Shown here piece by piece: positions 15,936 to 25,257 of a stretch of 64,000 nucleotides of DNA. Below the pieces are notes generated by a model. The model ran no database searches. It was not told the DNA's origin and saw only the letters and a list, made by a program, of their open reading frames with translations. A program made the position numbers and the translations under genes. The stretch is from a virus (Duplodnaviria > Caudoviricetes): IMG/VR virus record IMGVR_UViG_2511231106_000004, positions 47,356 through 111,355 of that record, one strand, 5' to 3'. The first letter of the stretch is position 1. Every line of letters starts with the position of its first letter.

Positions 15936-18605
15936 TTACCAAACTATTGAACGGTGGTCTTTTATCCTATCGTTCAGATGTTGTGCATTTATGACTTTAG
16001 AAAGAATATTCCTGAATACACAGATATTCTTTTTAGGGGAAAATAAAAAATGAGCCTTCGAAGGAAAATCCTTCAGAAGCCCATATATCAAGCCGCTTTT
16101 ACTGTTTGGGGTGCGGAAAATTTTTTTATCAATACGGAAAGGCTTATTTTTATCATCTTTATCATTTATCCGTACACGTTCTACCTTATGCCGGTCATTA
16201 TCCTTGCCAGAAATACGGTCCACACGGAACCGATCAGCAGATGCCACTTTTTCAACTTCAGGAGCAAATTCGCTCAAAGAACGTCCCATATCTGCATCTA
16301 CAGGAGCCCCGTTTTGTAACGCACGATAGACAATAGCTGCATATTCATAACGAGTCATTGCTCGATCGCCTTTAAACTCACCATCTGTATATCCATTTAA
16401 ATAGCCTCTATCGGCCAAACTCTTAACATACTGATAGGCCCAATGGTCTTTTGGAACGTCCGAGAAATTAACATTTCTCATAGGAGAAACTGTGCCAGCT
16501 TTCATCATGTTTTTCAATTCATCAAGTTCTTGGCGCATTTCCAAATTATCATTACGTAAGGCAATAATTTCTTTTGCCATAGATACCTTAGACCGGCTAA
16601 CAGTACTCTTCTGTCCCAGTTTAAAAGTCACGCCGGCATTAACCATGTTTTCTCCACCACCGAAGCTCCCTCCGACAGAAAACATAGTATCTTCGTTAGG
16701 TCTATAGAAAGCTCCTACAGCTACAGCATGGGCATCTTTGTAGTTACCATAACCTGTTGCAAAGTCCCACTTATTATCGGGATCAAAATCTTGGGGATGA
16801 AGAGCTGATAAAGCTGCTGCACCAGCACCGACTCTGTTTATACGGGTATCCATTTTATCTAATCTGCCAGTTAAAGAGCCTCCCGGAAGCTGTATATCAT
16901 TGAAATAGCCTACACCCGCATGAACATCTCCTTTAATATTTGCATCACCATCTACTTGGAGATTTTGTTGAATATGAGTATCACCAGCGATGGTTGTATT
17001 CCCACCAATATTGGTATTGCCGTCTACCTGGAGATCCTGTTTCAGGTGGGTGTCACCACCTACCGTTGTATTGCCGTCAATATTGGTATTGCCGTCTACC
17101 TGAAGATCCTGTTTCAGGTGGGTGTCACCGCCTACCGCTGCATTACCGTCAATATTGGTATTGCCGTCTACCTGAAGATCCTGTTTCAGGTGGGTGTCAC
17201 CACCTACCGTTGTATTGCCGTCAATATTGGTATTGCCGTCTACCTGAAGATCCTGTTTCAGGTGGGTGTCACCACCTACCGTTGCATTGCCATCAATATT
17301 GGCAGCACCTCCGATGTGGGCATCGCCAATGGTAGTAATAGAATCAAACGTTGGGTTCTTGTCCATCTTGACTGTGATGGTCGTATTGCCTGCTCCGTCT
17401 TGGCTCACAACGGTTTTGAGGTTATCCCCGGAGTATTCGGTGTCCGCTTTTGCGCCTTCACCTACTACGTTAACTGTACTCCCCAGTTTGGCCGTAGCCG
17501 GATTTGCCGCACCGCTTGCAGAATTGGCACCAAACTTCAGGCCGTTATTGATGAGTGTCTGCCCGTACTGATATACGCCATTGCTGGTAGCGAGATCTGA
17601 ATTCCCAGCTGCAATCGTGTCTGTGCCATTTACGCTGATAGTATAATTAGTACTTCCGCCAGCACCTGTATTAGATGATACCGAAACGTGGCTTCCACCT
17701 GTAATAGTGGTTCGAGCAGCAGCTGCAGCCTGTGCTACAGCAAAGAGCTGTGAACCATTTACTGCGTCTGTAGACCCTGCATCCACACGTCCAGCAGCCA
17801 GATGCGTCAACGTACGTTGTGTAGTGCCGTTGCCTATGGAAACCGTTCCATTGACATTGGTTCCTGCGAAGTTATAATTCTGGCTTCCAATGGTCATTCC
17901 TGCAGTTGAGACGGCTCCTTCTGCAGACGAACCCGCACCTAAGGCAACAACATTTGAAAGTCCGTCTATATTAATTCCTGCCCCTAACGCAACATTATTA
18001 TTTCCGTTTGAGATATTATTACCTGTCCCCAAGGAGACACTATCAAAAGAATTACTACTTGTACTGCCAGTACCTATGGAAATCCCATTACCAACGCTAT
18101 TTTCGATTTTTACGCCCTGTCCTATCCCGATAGTTGTTGTGCCCAATGCATATCCTGATAATCCTGTAGTGGTAGGTACTGAATCAATATTGCCGATCAT
18201 AATAGATGCATAGTCAGCTCTAGCACCAGTTCCGATTGCAATGGCTCCGGTATTGACGTCTTGGCTTAACGGATTGCCAACAGATGCTTTAGAATTGGCG
18301 CCGATAGCAATAGCTGTATTACCACTATGTCCATTTGAAGCAGTACTATCTACTGCAGCTGCATTGTCGCCAATCGCGATACCCTGTTGGTACTTATGGG
18401 CTCCATCACCCGATGTTACACCCTCGGCAAATGCGGTTCCCAAACTAAGGCTTGATCCTAACAGTACAGCAAGTGCGCCGGCTACTACTCTGCCAGTGAC
18501 TCCAAGCTTGTTCCCATTATTCCTTCCGTAACTTTTTGCCAGTTCAGAAGTAACCACATAGCAGTTACGCACCCGATTCCAAACCAACTTATAAATTCTG
18601 TTCAT
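15936..18605 (-). CDS. YadA-like trimeric autotransporter adhesin with ESPR signal, beta-helix repeats, anchor and SLH domain
   Basis: MNRIYKLVWN..VTSELA; AIAIG head repeats; TDAVNGSQL neck; GAGAAALSALHP..GVTFKLG anchor; FSDVPKDHWAY..TRYEYA SLH. Confidence 0.92.
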   Translation of the reverse strand: MNRIYKLVWNRVRNCYVVTSELAKSYGRNNGNKLGVTGRVVAGALAVLLGSSLSLGTAFAEGVTSGDGAHKYQQGIAIGDNAAAVDSTASNGHSGNTAIAIGANSKASVGNPLSQDVNTGAIAIGTGARADYASIMIGNIDSVPTTTGLSGYALGTTTIGIGQGVKIENSVGNGISIGTGSTSSNSFDSVSLGTGNNISNGNNNVALGAGINIDGLSNVVALGAGSSAEGAVSTAGMTIGSQNYNFAGTNVNGTVSIGNGTTQRTLTHLAAGRVDAGSTDAVNGSQLFAVAQAAAAARTTITGGSHVSVSSNTGAGGSTNYTISVNGTDTIAAGNSDLATSNGVYQYGQTLINNGLKFGANSASGAANPATAKLGSTVNVVGEGAKADTEYSGDNLKTVVSQDGAGNTTITVKMDKNPTFDSITTIGDAHIGGAANIDGNATVGGDTHLKQDLQVDGNTNIDGNTTVGGDTHLKQDLQVDGNTNIDGNAAVGGDTHLKQDLQVDGNTNIDGNTTVGGDTHLKQDLQVDGNTNIGGNTTIAGDTHIQQNLQVDGDANIKGDVHAGVGYFNDIQLPGGSLTGRLDKMDTRINRVGAGAAALSALHPQDFDPDNKWDFATGYGNYKDAHAVAVGAFYRPNEDTMFSVGGSFGGGENMVNAGVTFKLGQKSTVSRSKVSMAKEIIALRNDNLEMRQELDELKNMMKAGTVSPMRNVNFSDVPKDHWAYQYVKSLADRGYLNGYTDGEFKGDRAMTRYEYAAIVYRALQNGAPVDADMGRSLSEFAPEVEKVASADRFRVDRISGKDNDRHKVERVRINDKDDKNKPFRIDKKIFRTPNSKSGLIYGLLKDFPSKAHFLFSPKKNICVFRNILSKVINAQHLNDRIKDHRSIVW
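16925..17330 (-). repeat. Intragenic 72-bp (24 aa) tandem repeats
   Basis: GGDTHLKQDLQVDGNTNIDGNTTV four times near-identical, plus degenerate flanking units. Confidence 0.9.
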
Positions 18606-18643
18606 AATACCACTCCTTGTTCCAAAAATTTTTAACCATTTAC

Positions 18644-18669
18644 AGTATACCCCCCCCGTATCATGTCAA
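18644..18669 (-). promoter_or_regulatory. Sigma-A promoter of the adhesin with G8 tract in the spacer
   Basis: TTGACA (18669-18664), 14 nt including G8, TATACT (18649-18644). Confidence 0.8.
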
Positions 18670-18686
18670 TAGATTTTATATTCCAT

Positions 18687-20258
18687 TCACATTCCCACAT
18701 GTATTTTCGTACCATTCTTAAAAACTATTTGAATTTTTACTTTACTGTATACTATAATGAAGTCTACCAAACTGCACCACAGCCTTTCGTCAAACTCATA
18801 TACAAGATTTTGTTTCTGCAGATTTTTCATAAAGTTATCCAGCTTCCAGTATCTGTCCACACACTGCTGTATGGCATCACAGACCTGATCATACTTCTTC
18901 TTCGTTTCTTCATACCGGCTGACCAGCCCGTTGTACTTCCTGCCATATTCATCCTGGTCCTGTGCCACCTGGGCATTCTCAGCAATGAGCTGTTGCACCT
19001 GGTCGGTCAACATGTTCAGGTCTAATTCCAGCGCATCACGTTCCTTTTCCAAAGATGCGGTATCTGTAAGACGCTTTTTCAGCATCGTGATATTGCTCAG
19101 AATATCTTCCTTATTTTCAATAAGCTGATTGACTGCTCGGATAAAAGCACCTTTAATTTCATTCTCCGTCAGGTGCGGCGTCTGACAGTGATTCTTGAAT
19201 TTGTCATTGCAGCGGTAGATGGTTCTCCGGTACTTATCAGTCGAATGCCAGACCTTGGCCCCGTACCAGCCGCCGCACTGGCCGCATTTGATTTTACTGG
19301 AGAAGATGGATACGCCGCTGTAACGTTTTTTCCTTTTACGCCGCCTCTTGATTTCCTCCTGTACCCAATCGAATACCTGCGGGCTGATGATAGCTTCATG
19401 GTTATGTTCCACATAATACTGTGGCACTTCCCCTTCATTTTTCTTTGTCTCTTTTGTCAGAAAATCAACCGTGATTTTTTTCTGAAGCAGGGCATCCCCT
19501 TTATACTTTTCATTCATGAGAATACTTCGGATCGTGTTAGCTCTCCAGATTTTGCAACCAGCTGGAGTGGGAATCTTGCGTTCCGTCAGTTCTTTTGCAA
19601 TAGAATGAAACGTGTATCCGTTAAGATACAAACGGTAAATCAACTTTACGATTTCTGCCTGCTTTTTATTCACTACCAGGTTGCCATCCATTCCCTTATC
19701 ATACCCAAGAAAATGAGTGAATGCCAGACTGACCTTCCCATCAGCAAACCGTTTCCGGTGTCCCCAAGTCACATTCTCAGAGATGCTGCGGCTCTCTTCC
19801 TGTGCCAGAGAACTCATAATCGTAATGAGGAGTTCCCCTTTTGCGTCCAGTGTCCAGATATTTTCCTTTTCAAAATAGATTTCAATCCCTTTATCTTTCA
19901 GTTTTCGCACGGTGGTCAAGCTGTCCACCGTATTCCTGGCAAACCGGCTGACAGATTTTGTGATGATAAGGTCAATTTTGCCGGCTATAGCATCCGCTAT
20001 CATTCGCTTAAATCCTTCCCGGTGTTTGGTATTCGTAGCTGAAATGCCTTCATCCGTGTATATCCCGACAAATTCCCAATCATTTCTGCTCTGGATATAA
20101 CGCGTATAATAATCCACCTGTGCTTCATAGCTAGTAAGTTGCTCATCGTGATCCGTTGAAACCCGTGCATAGCCTGCCACCCTTCTCTTTTTTTGACTGT
20201 TCATCGGCTTTTTCGTATAACTCCGCAGTGTAGCTGGAATTACCTGCACTTTTTTCAT
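18687..20258 (-). CDS. Large serine recombinase
   Basis: VAGYARVST, ITKSVSRFARN, recombinase domain, CGQCG zinc ribbon, coiled coil. Confidence 0.95.
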   Translation of the reverse strand: MKKVQVIPATLRSYTKKPMNSQKKRRVAGYARVSTDHDEQLTSYEAQVDYYTRYIQSRNDWEFVGIYTDEGISATNTKHREGFKRMIADAIAGKIDLIITKSVSRFARNTVDSLTTVRKLKDKGIEIYFEKENIWTLDAKGELLITIMSSLAQEESRSISENVTWGHRKRFADGKVSLAFTHFLGYDKGMDGNLVVNKKQAEIVKLIYRLYLNGYTFHSIAKELTERKIPTPAGCKIWRANTIRSILMNEKYKGDALLQKKITVDFLTKETKKNEGEVPQYYVEHNHEAIISPQVFDWVQEEIKRRRKRKKRYSGVSIFSSKIKCGQCGGWYGAKVWHSTDKYRRTIYRCNDKFKNHCQTPHLTENEIKGAFIRAVNQLIENKEDILSNITMLKKRLTDTASLEKERDALELDLNMLTDQVQQLIAENAQVAQDQDEYGRKYNGLVSRYEETKKKYDQVCDAIQQCVDRYWKLDNFMKNLQKQNLVYEFDERLWCSLVDFIIVYSKVKIQIVFKNGTKIHVGM

Positions 20259-21892
20259 GACAACTTCACCTCCTTCGTATGACCATCGTTAAATTGAAAC
20301 AGCAATGTTTCGTTATCCTGTACTTCAATACGCTGCACTTGTGCTCTAAATGCTGTATCATCAAATTCCAATTTCCCCATTGTTTCTGCTGCCATACGCT
20401 GCAGCCATTCTTCTTTGATGCTTCTTACATGGATGCATCTATGTTCTCCCCGGCACCGCCAATAAGCCACTTTTCCATTCTTACGTTTCTCTAGACAACG
20501 TATGAATTTTGTCTGGCACGCAGGACATACAATGCGTTCCGAAAAAGCGGTATAACGGCCGGACGTATCACGCTGATGATACGTTTCCATCCATTGCCTC
20601 TGCTTTTTCTTCTGCTCATCCGTCCACATATCCTTTAAGGCTGTCGATTTCCATTCCTGTGTGATAACGTTTCCATCTTTGAAATGAAATACCAGCGTGT
20701 GATAAGAAGGAACAACAATCTTCTTTACCCGCTGAACAAACAGTTCTTCATCAAATTCATCTGTACCCAGAACGGCTGCGCATGCTTTTTTCAAAGCGGG
20801 CTGCGGGATGGAGCCATAGGCCCCGCAGTTTGTCCCCTTGCCCTTATGCGAATCACAGGTCCAGTATTCCCGTATTCTTCCCTTGTATTTCCGAACAACA
20901 TGGACATAGCTTTTCCCGCAGATGCCACATTTGATGATCCCCGTAAAGCAAGAGGTGTTCAAAAAATCCCTGGCATATCCGCCCCGCTGCATTCCCATTT
21001 CCTTGCGATTCTTTAATTCCTGCTGAACCCGTTCAAACATATCAGAAGAAATTATGGCTTCATGATGCCATTCCACTACATACCTATTCCTTTCTCCATG
21101 ATTAACGGCCTGGCGTTTGGTAATAGGGTCCGTCACAAAGGTTTTCTGAATCTCAAGAACGCCCGTATAAATCCGATTCGTAAGAATCTGCCTGATACTG
21201 GCATCTTTGAAATAGTTCCCATACATGGTGCGAATCTCCCGCCGCTTTAGTTCCCGTAATATATCTTTTCTGGTTCTGCCCTGCAGATAGGCATCAAAAA
21301 TTTCTCTGACAATCGCGGCCTCTTCTGGTTGGATGACCAGATTATCTTTCTCCCAGCAATAGCCGTAAACGAAGAACTTTGCATGAGGAATCCCCTGTTC
21401 AAACTTTTTACGAAACCGCCACTTGATATTATCACTGATGGATCGGCTTTCTTCCTGGGCAAAAGAGGCAAGGATGGTCAGCATCAACTCTCCATCTCCG
21501 CTCATGGTATGGATATTTTCTTTCTCAAACCAGACTTCAATACCCAGTTCTTTCAGGTGACGTACCGTCTGCAGAAGGTCAACCGTGTTTCGGGCAAACC
21601 GCTGGATGGATTTGGTCAGGATGATGTCTATCTTCCCGGCTTCGGCATCTTCCAGCATCCGCCGGAATTCCTGCCTCTTCTTTATCCCCGTCCCAGAGAT
21701 GCCGTAGTCCGCATAGACCCCGGCGTATTCCCAATTCGGATTTTTCTGTATCAGCTTGCTATAATAACTGACCTGTGCCGAAAGGGAATGGTGCATCCGC
21801 TCCGATTCCATGGAGACACGGGCATAGGCTGCCACTTTCTTTCGTTGTTTCAGTCCGGATATTTTTTGTTCGATTTTACGGATAGTCCGCAT
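20255..21892 (-). CDS. Large serine recombinase (two zinc ribbons)
   Basis: VAAYARVS, LTKSIQRFARN, CGICG, CPAC; start MRTIRK behind AAGGAG. Confidence 0.93.
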   Translation of the reverse strand: MRTIRKIEQKISGLKQRKKVAAYARVSMESERMHHSLSAQVSYYSKLIQKNPNWEYAGVYADYGISGTGIKKRQEFRRMLEDAEAGKIDIILTKSIQRFARNTVDLLQTVRHLKELGIEVWFEKENIHTMSGDGELMLTILASFAQEESRSISDNIKWRFRKKFEQGIPHAKFFVYGYCWEKDNLVIQPEEAAIVREIFDAYLQGRTRKDILRELKRREIRTMYGNYFKDASIRQILTNRIYTGVLEIQKTFVTDPITKRQAVNHGERNRYVVEWHHEAIISSDMFERVQQELKNRKEMGMQRGGYARDFLNTSCFTGIIKCGICGKSYVHVVRKYKGRIREYWTCDSHKGKGTNCGAYGSIPQPALKKACAAVLGTDEFDEELFVQRVKKIVVPSYHTLVFHFKDGNVITQEWKSTALKDMWTDEQKKKQRQWMETYHQRDTSGRYTAFSERIVCPACQTKFIRCLEKRKNGKVAYWRCRGEHRCIHVRSIKEEWLQRMAAETMGKLEFDDTAFRAQVQRIEVQDNETLLFQFNDGHTKEVKLS

Positions 21893-21918
21893 AGAATCAG
21901 CTCCTTTCAACACTATAT

Positions 21919-21945
21919 ATCCCTCTTTTTTAACCAATTAGCAAG
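21919..21945 (-). promoter_or_regulatory. 27-bp CTTGCTA motif, copy 2
   Basis: CTTGCTAAT-N10-AGAGGGAT upstream of the first recombinase. Confidence 0.55.
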
Positions 21946-22102
21946 TATATAAATCGCCAGAAAAGGTCTGATATTTTCGTAGCATCTCCTGCTCGAAAGC
22001 CCGGTACTCCTTCTTGGTGATAAGCTTTTCCGCCAGCATCACTCTCGCCAGATACATCGTCACCTGGAAGGTTGCTTCATTACGAAATAACCTTTTATCC
22101 AT
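21938..22102 (-). CDS. Small SHOCT-like protein preceding recombinases
   Basis: MDKRLFRNE..MLAEKLITKKEY; coupled to upstream gene. Confidence 0.65.
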   Translation of the reverse strand: MDKRLFRNEATFQVTMYLARVMLAEKLITKKEYRAFEQEMLRKYQTFSGDLYTC

Positions 22103-22487
22103 GGCGGACACCCCCGAACCTATAGGAAATATAACAGGCATGGGAGCAGAACTTCCGATGGCTGTTGCCATAGACGCTGAACTTCTTGCCGCAGTTCGGG
22201 CAGGTAAAGGTATAGACAGTCTTCCGCTTCACCAGCTCCAGATGTGTGTTCCACCACTTGTTCCGGCAGCCATCGCAGCAGAACCGTTTCCGCTTGCGTC
22301 CCGGATTCTGGACTACGGGTTTCCCGCACTGCTCGCATACTGCCCCATCTGTTCTGGCCGCCAGACTGTGCCGCCGGCAGAACGACTTCACCGTATTGAT
22401 GGAAATCTGGAGCTGCATCGCTATCCTACCATACCCTGCCCCAGCTCGGCGCAGAGCAATAATCTGTTGTTTCTGTTCGTCCGTCAT
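22095..22487 (-). CDS. HTH plus zinc-finger protein (candidate recombination directionality or regulatory factor)
   Basis: GYGRIA..SINTVKSFCRR HTH; CEQCG, FCCDGC, CPNCG, FCSHAC. Confidence 0.75.
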   Translation of the reverse strand: MTDEQKQQIIALRRAGAGYGRIAMQLQISINTVKSFCRRHSLAARTDGAVCEQCGKPVVQNPGRKRKRFCCDGCRNKWWNTHLELVKRKTVYTFTCPNCGKKFSVYGNSHRKFCSHACYISYRFGGVRHG

Positions 22488-22519
22488 GATGGATACCTCC
22501 TGAATTTTTGGTCTTCAGG

Positions 22520-22551
22520 AGTAACAGGACAGAACGGCTATTACTAAGTAC
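22520..22551 (-). promoter_or_regulatory. Bipartite motif GTACTTA-N13-TGTCCTRYTACT, copy 1 of 3
   Basis: Identical spacing at 58026-58057 and 62523-62554. Confidence 0.75.
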
Positions 22552-22563
22552 TATAAAAACAAA

Positions 22564-22609
22564 AAAAGCCGATACGGAACATCCTTCCCGATGTTCCGTA
22601 TCGGCTTTT
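22564..22609 (-). terminator. Late operon intrinsic terminator
   Basis: 20-bp perfect stem AAAAGCCGATACGGAACATC/GATGTTCCGTATCGGCTTTT with T tract. Confidence 0.9.
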
Positions 22610-22610
22610 C

Positions 22611-22883
22611 TCATGCAATCTTCTGCTTTGCATCAGCCACAATAGCCTTGACCGCTTGCTGCAGCAAAGTAATATACAGCCTGTTCCGAATCTTCACCCA
22701 CCAGCTGGTGGTGGTCTGGATTTCTGCTTCCAACGGATCTGTGAGGTTCTTCATCTGCGCTTCCACCAGCTTCTGGATGTCCTCCAGGTCGATGGACTTG
22801 ATGGCCGCTTCGGCTTCGCTTCTGGCAAAGTCTACGACGGCATTGGCGACGGCTTTCTTGATTTCTTCACGGTTCATAGTCAT
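22611..22883 (-). CDS. Hypothetical lysis-cassette protein (90 aa, helical)
   Basis: Coupled to endolysin; GGAGG RBS. Confidence 0.7.
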   Translation of the reverse strand: MTMNREEIKKAVANAVVDFARSEAEAAIKSIDLEDIQKLVEAQMKNLTDPLEAEIQTTTSWWVKIRNRLYITLLQQAVKAIVADAKQKIA

Positions 22884-23437
22884 TTACCTCCTAGAATCAG
22901 TTGTTCATAATCTGTCACTCCCCTGGCAACTGCTCTGGCCATGGCATCCTGGGCGTTTGCAAGGATTTCTTCATCGCCAGGATTGGTGATAAAGGCCAGC
23001 TCGACCAGGACGGCGGGCATATCCGTGTTTGTGAGAACATACAGGCCGTTGACGCCGGGCGTAGCGATTTTCACGCCACGGTCGGTGATATCAAGGGCAT
23101 CTACCAACTGGCTCTGGATGCAGCTGGCCAGCACGCTGCCACGGTAACTGCCGGCACAGGCCCAGGTTTCTGTGCCGTTGGCTTCTTCGGCTTCAGCGGC
23201 ATTGCAGTGGATGGATACGAAGATGTCGGCGTCACTGCTGTTCGCCGCTTCGCAGATATCGTACAGGCTGTCGGACTGGAGCAGTTCGGTTTCAACACCA
23301 GCGGCATTCAGATAGCTTTCCGCAGATTCACCTACAGCCAGTGCCACATCACATTCGCGCAGCCCCGTTTCTCCGTTCACGGCACCGGGGTCAGGATTGC
23401 CGTTCAGCGCATGGCCGGGATTCAGGAATACTTTCAT
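22880..23437 (-). CDS. Endolysin, N-acetylmuramoyl-L-alanine amidase (Amidase_3)
   Basis: FLNPGH, FVSIHCNA, PAVLVELAFITN. Confidence 0.93.
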   Translation of the reverse strand: MKVFLNPGHALNGNPDPGAVNGETGLRECDVALAVGESAESYLNAAGVETELLQSDSLYDICEAANSSDADIFVSIHCNAAEAEEANGTETWACAGSYRGSVLASCIQSQLVDALDITDRGVKIATPGVNGLYVLTNTDMPAVLVELAFITNPGDEEILANAQDAMARAVARGVTDYEQLILGGK

Positions 23438-23619
23438 GATTTATCTTCTCCTTTCTGGTTGGCGGCGGACTTTACGGTACCGCCGATATAGCCAAGCAGG
23501 CCGGATGCGATGGACATGGCCAGCTCGTTGAGATTATAAAAAATGGCCATGATCAGGGCTGTGACCAGCCCAATGATGACCAAACAATCGGGGATATTCA
23601 CTTTTTCAAACAAACTCAT
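23434..23619 (-). CDS. Putative holin
   Basis: 61 aa, two hydrophobic segments, charged C-terminus, directly before amidase. Confidence 0.65.
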   Translation of the reverse strand: MSLFEKVNIPDCLVIIGLVTALIMAIFYNLNELAMSIASGLLGYIGGTVKSAANQKGEDKS

Positions 23620-24473
23620 CCCACCACCTTAATGGTTAATACCACTTCTGCCTTTGTTGCTGAGGCTTCTGCCAGATAGGAATACAAAGCATCCGATATT
23701 TCCCCAATCATTATGACCCCCAGATCATCATCTTTCTCATAGAACAATTCTGTGGTATCCGATATTCCTGTCCCTGTCGTAAGTTCAACTTTGCAACCTG
23801 CATATCGTTTTTCTTCATCCAACAGGAACAGCAGCCCTTTACGGCTTCCATTTTCCAGAGCCCCCACGCCGACTATCTTAGGGCTTTCCGGGGATTGCTT
23901 CGTCGTCATAAGCATATGGCCAGTCAGCCACTGCGTGCCCTGTCCCGTCATCGTAAGGCTTACATCTGTAAAAGGAACAGTGGGAATCGGGGCGGCGTCG
24001 GTTGCACTGACAATCATGCCATTACTGATGGGTGCCGATATATAAGCAAGTTGAGGATTGGTACTGCTGCTTTCCTGCTCTTCCCCGTTGATAGTGATTT
24101 TCCCCGCATAATAATCGGTATCTGCTTTCAAGTTGATGCTCAAGGTATCCTGATACGTTGTAGCATATACGGTATTTCCATCTGAGTCTGTTTGTGAGGA
24201 TAACTCCGGATGGTTGCAGGTAAGCGTAATGGTCTGATGCTCTTTTTGAATCAGGGTTATCGTCTTTCGTGCATCTGCCTGTGACAGGTCAGCCGTCCCC
24301 GTCACCAGTTCACCCTCTGAGGTATAAAACTTTTTCCCCTTAGCCACATCGGCGGCTTTCGCCGTTGTGTCAGACACTTCGCAGAACCGTGCCCTGCCGC
24401 CGTTTTTTAGGGGAATCAGGATGGATGGCACTTCGCTGTAACTGGCTCCGGCTATCGTCACATTTACCTTCAT
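23616..24473 (-). CDS. Tail fibre / receptor-binding-associated protein
   Basis: N-terminus paralogous to 24486..24992; position in distal tail module. Confidence 0.55.
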   Translation of the reverse strand: MKVNVTIAGASYSEVPSILIPLKNGGRARFCEVSDTTAKAADVAKGKKFYTSEGELVTGTADLSQADARKTITLIQKEHQTITLTCNHPELSSQTDSDGNTVYATTYQDTLSINLKADTDYYAGKITINGEEQESSSTNPQLAYISAPISNGMIVSATDAAPIPTVPFTDVSLTMTGQGTQWLTGHMLMTTKQSPESPKIVGVGALENGSRKGLLFLLDEEKRYAGCKVELTTGTGISDTTELFYEKDDDLGVIMIGEISDALYSYLAEASATKAEVVLTIKVVG

Positions 24474-24485
24474 GGCCTTCCCTCC

Positions 24486-24992
24486 TTACTCGACAGTCAG
24501 GATTTTCGTCAGGCTGTCCTGGGAAACGGAAACGGTCGTCAGACTGCCCGTCACCTTGGTACCATTGATGTAGGCCGTCTTACCGCTGACAATCGTCCCC
24601 GCGGCGGCGGTGGCATCACTGGTATCGACTACGCTGGACTTGCCGCTGATGCCGAGGACCGTCACCCCGGACTTGATGTTGCCGCTGACGAGCTTGGCCT
24701 GTTCTTCTTTGCTGATACGCACAGAGCCGCTGCCATTATGAAAGCCGGCCGGGATGGTATAGGCGCCATCAGCTTTGGCAATGCTGCCGCTGACCGCACC
24801 GTTGTCAGTCATCGTCCCGATAACAGACCCGCTGCCCAGGAAAACTGACTTGCCGTTCAGGATATCGCCGGAAGAGGCCGTAGCGCCAGAGGTATCATAA
24901 AAGACCGCGCTGCCCTCCCCTTCTGCCAGGGGAATCGATACCTGCGGCACTTCTGCATAGATAACGGAATTGATTTTTACGTTCTTCGCCAT
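24486..24992 (-). CDS. Tail fibre-associated protein
   Basis: G/S/T-rich; repeated DTSxATAxxGxIxxGK; IPAGFHNGSG; NIKSGVTVLGI. Confidence 0.6.
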   Translation of the reverse strand: MAKNVKINSVIYAEVPQVSIPLAEGEGSAVFYDTSGATASSGDILNGKSVFLGSGSVIGTMTDNGAVSGSIAKADGAYTIPAGFHNGSGSVRISKEEQAKLVSGNIKSGVTVLGISGKSSVVDTSDATAAAGTIVSGKTAYINGTKVTGSLTTVSVSQDSLTKILTVE

Positions 24993-25005
24993 GTTGATTG
25001 CTCCT

Positions 25006-25257
25006 TTACTCGACTTTTAATTCATAGCCATTGAAACTGATCCTGCCATAATTCGACGGAATGGCAGCCACCGTCACTTTGGAAAGAGCAGTATACCCGC
25101 CGTCTGCGGTGATGACCTGCTCCTGAGCCGTTGGAGTGACTCGCTTTCCCTGGTACGCTTCGGACGGCGCCTGCGGCATAGAAAGAATGCCGACCAGAGA
25201 ATTTCTTTTAAGAGGTAGGGAAACAAAGCCTGCTAAATTACTTTCATTCTGTGCCAC
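25006..25257 (-). CDS. Hypothetical tail protein
   Basis: 83 aa, VTPT..QVITAD..LSKVTVAAIP; in operon. Confidence 0.6.
   Translation of the reverse strand: MAQNESNLAGFVSLPLKRNSLVGILSMPQAPSEAYQGKRVTPTAQEQVITADGGYTALSKVTVAAIPSNYGRISFNGYELKVE

Noticed and set aside
16080-18690. Exact attL/attR sites
   Set aside because: Serine-integrase cores are too short to assign without an empty-site comparison; no convincing direct repeat found
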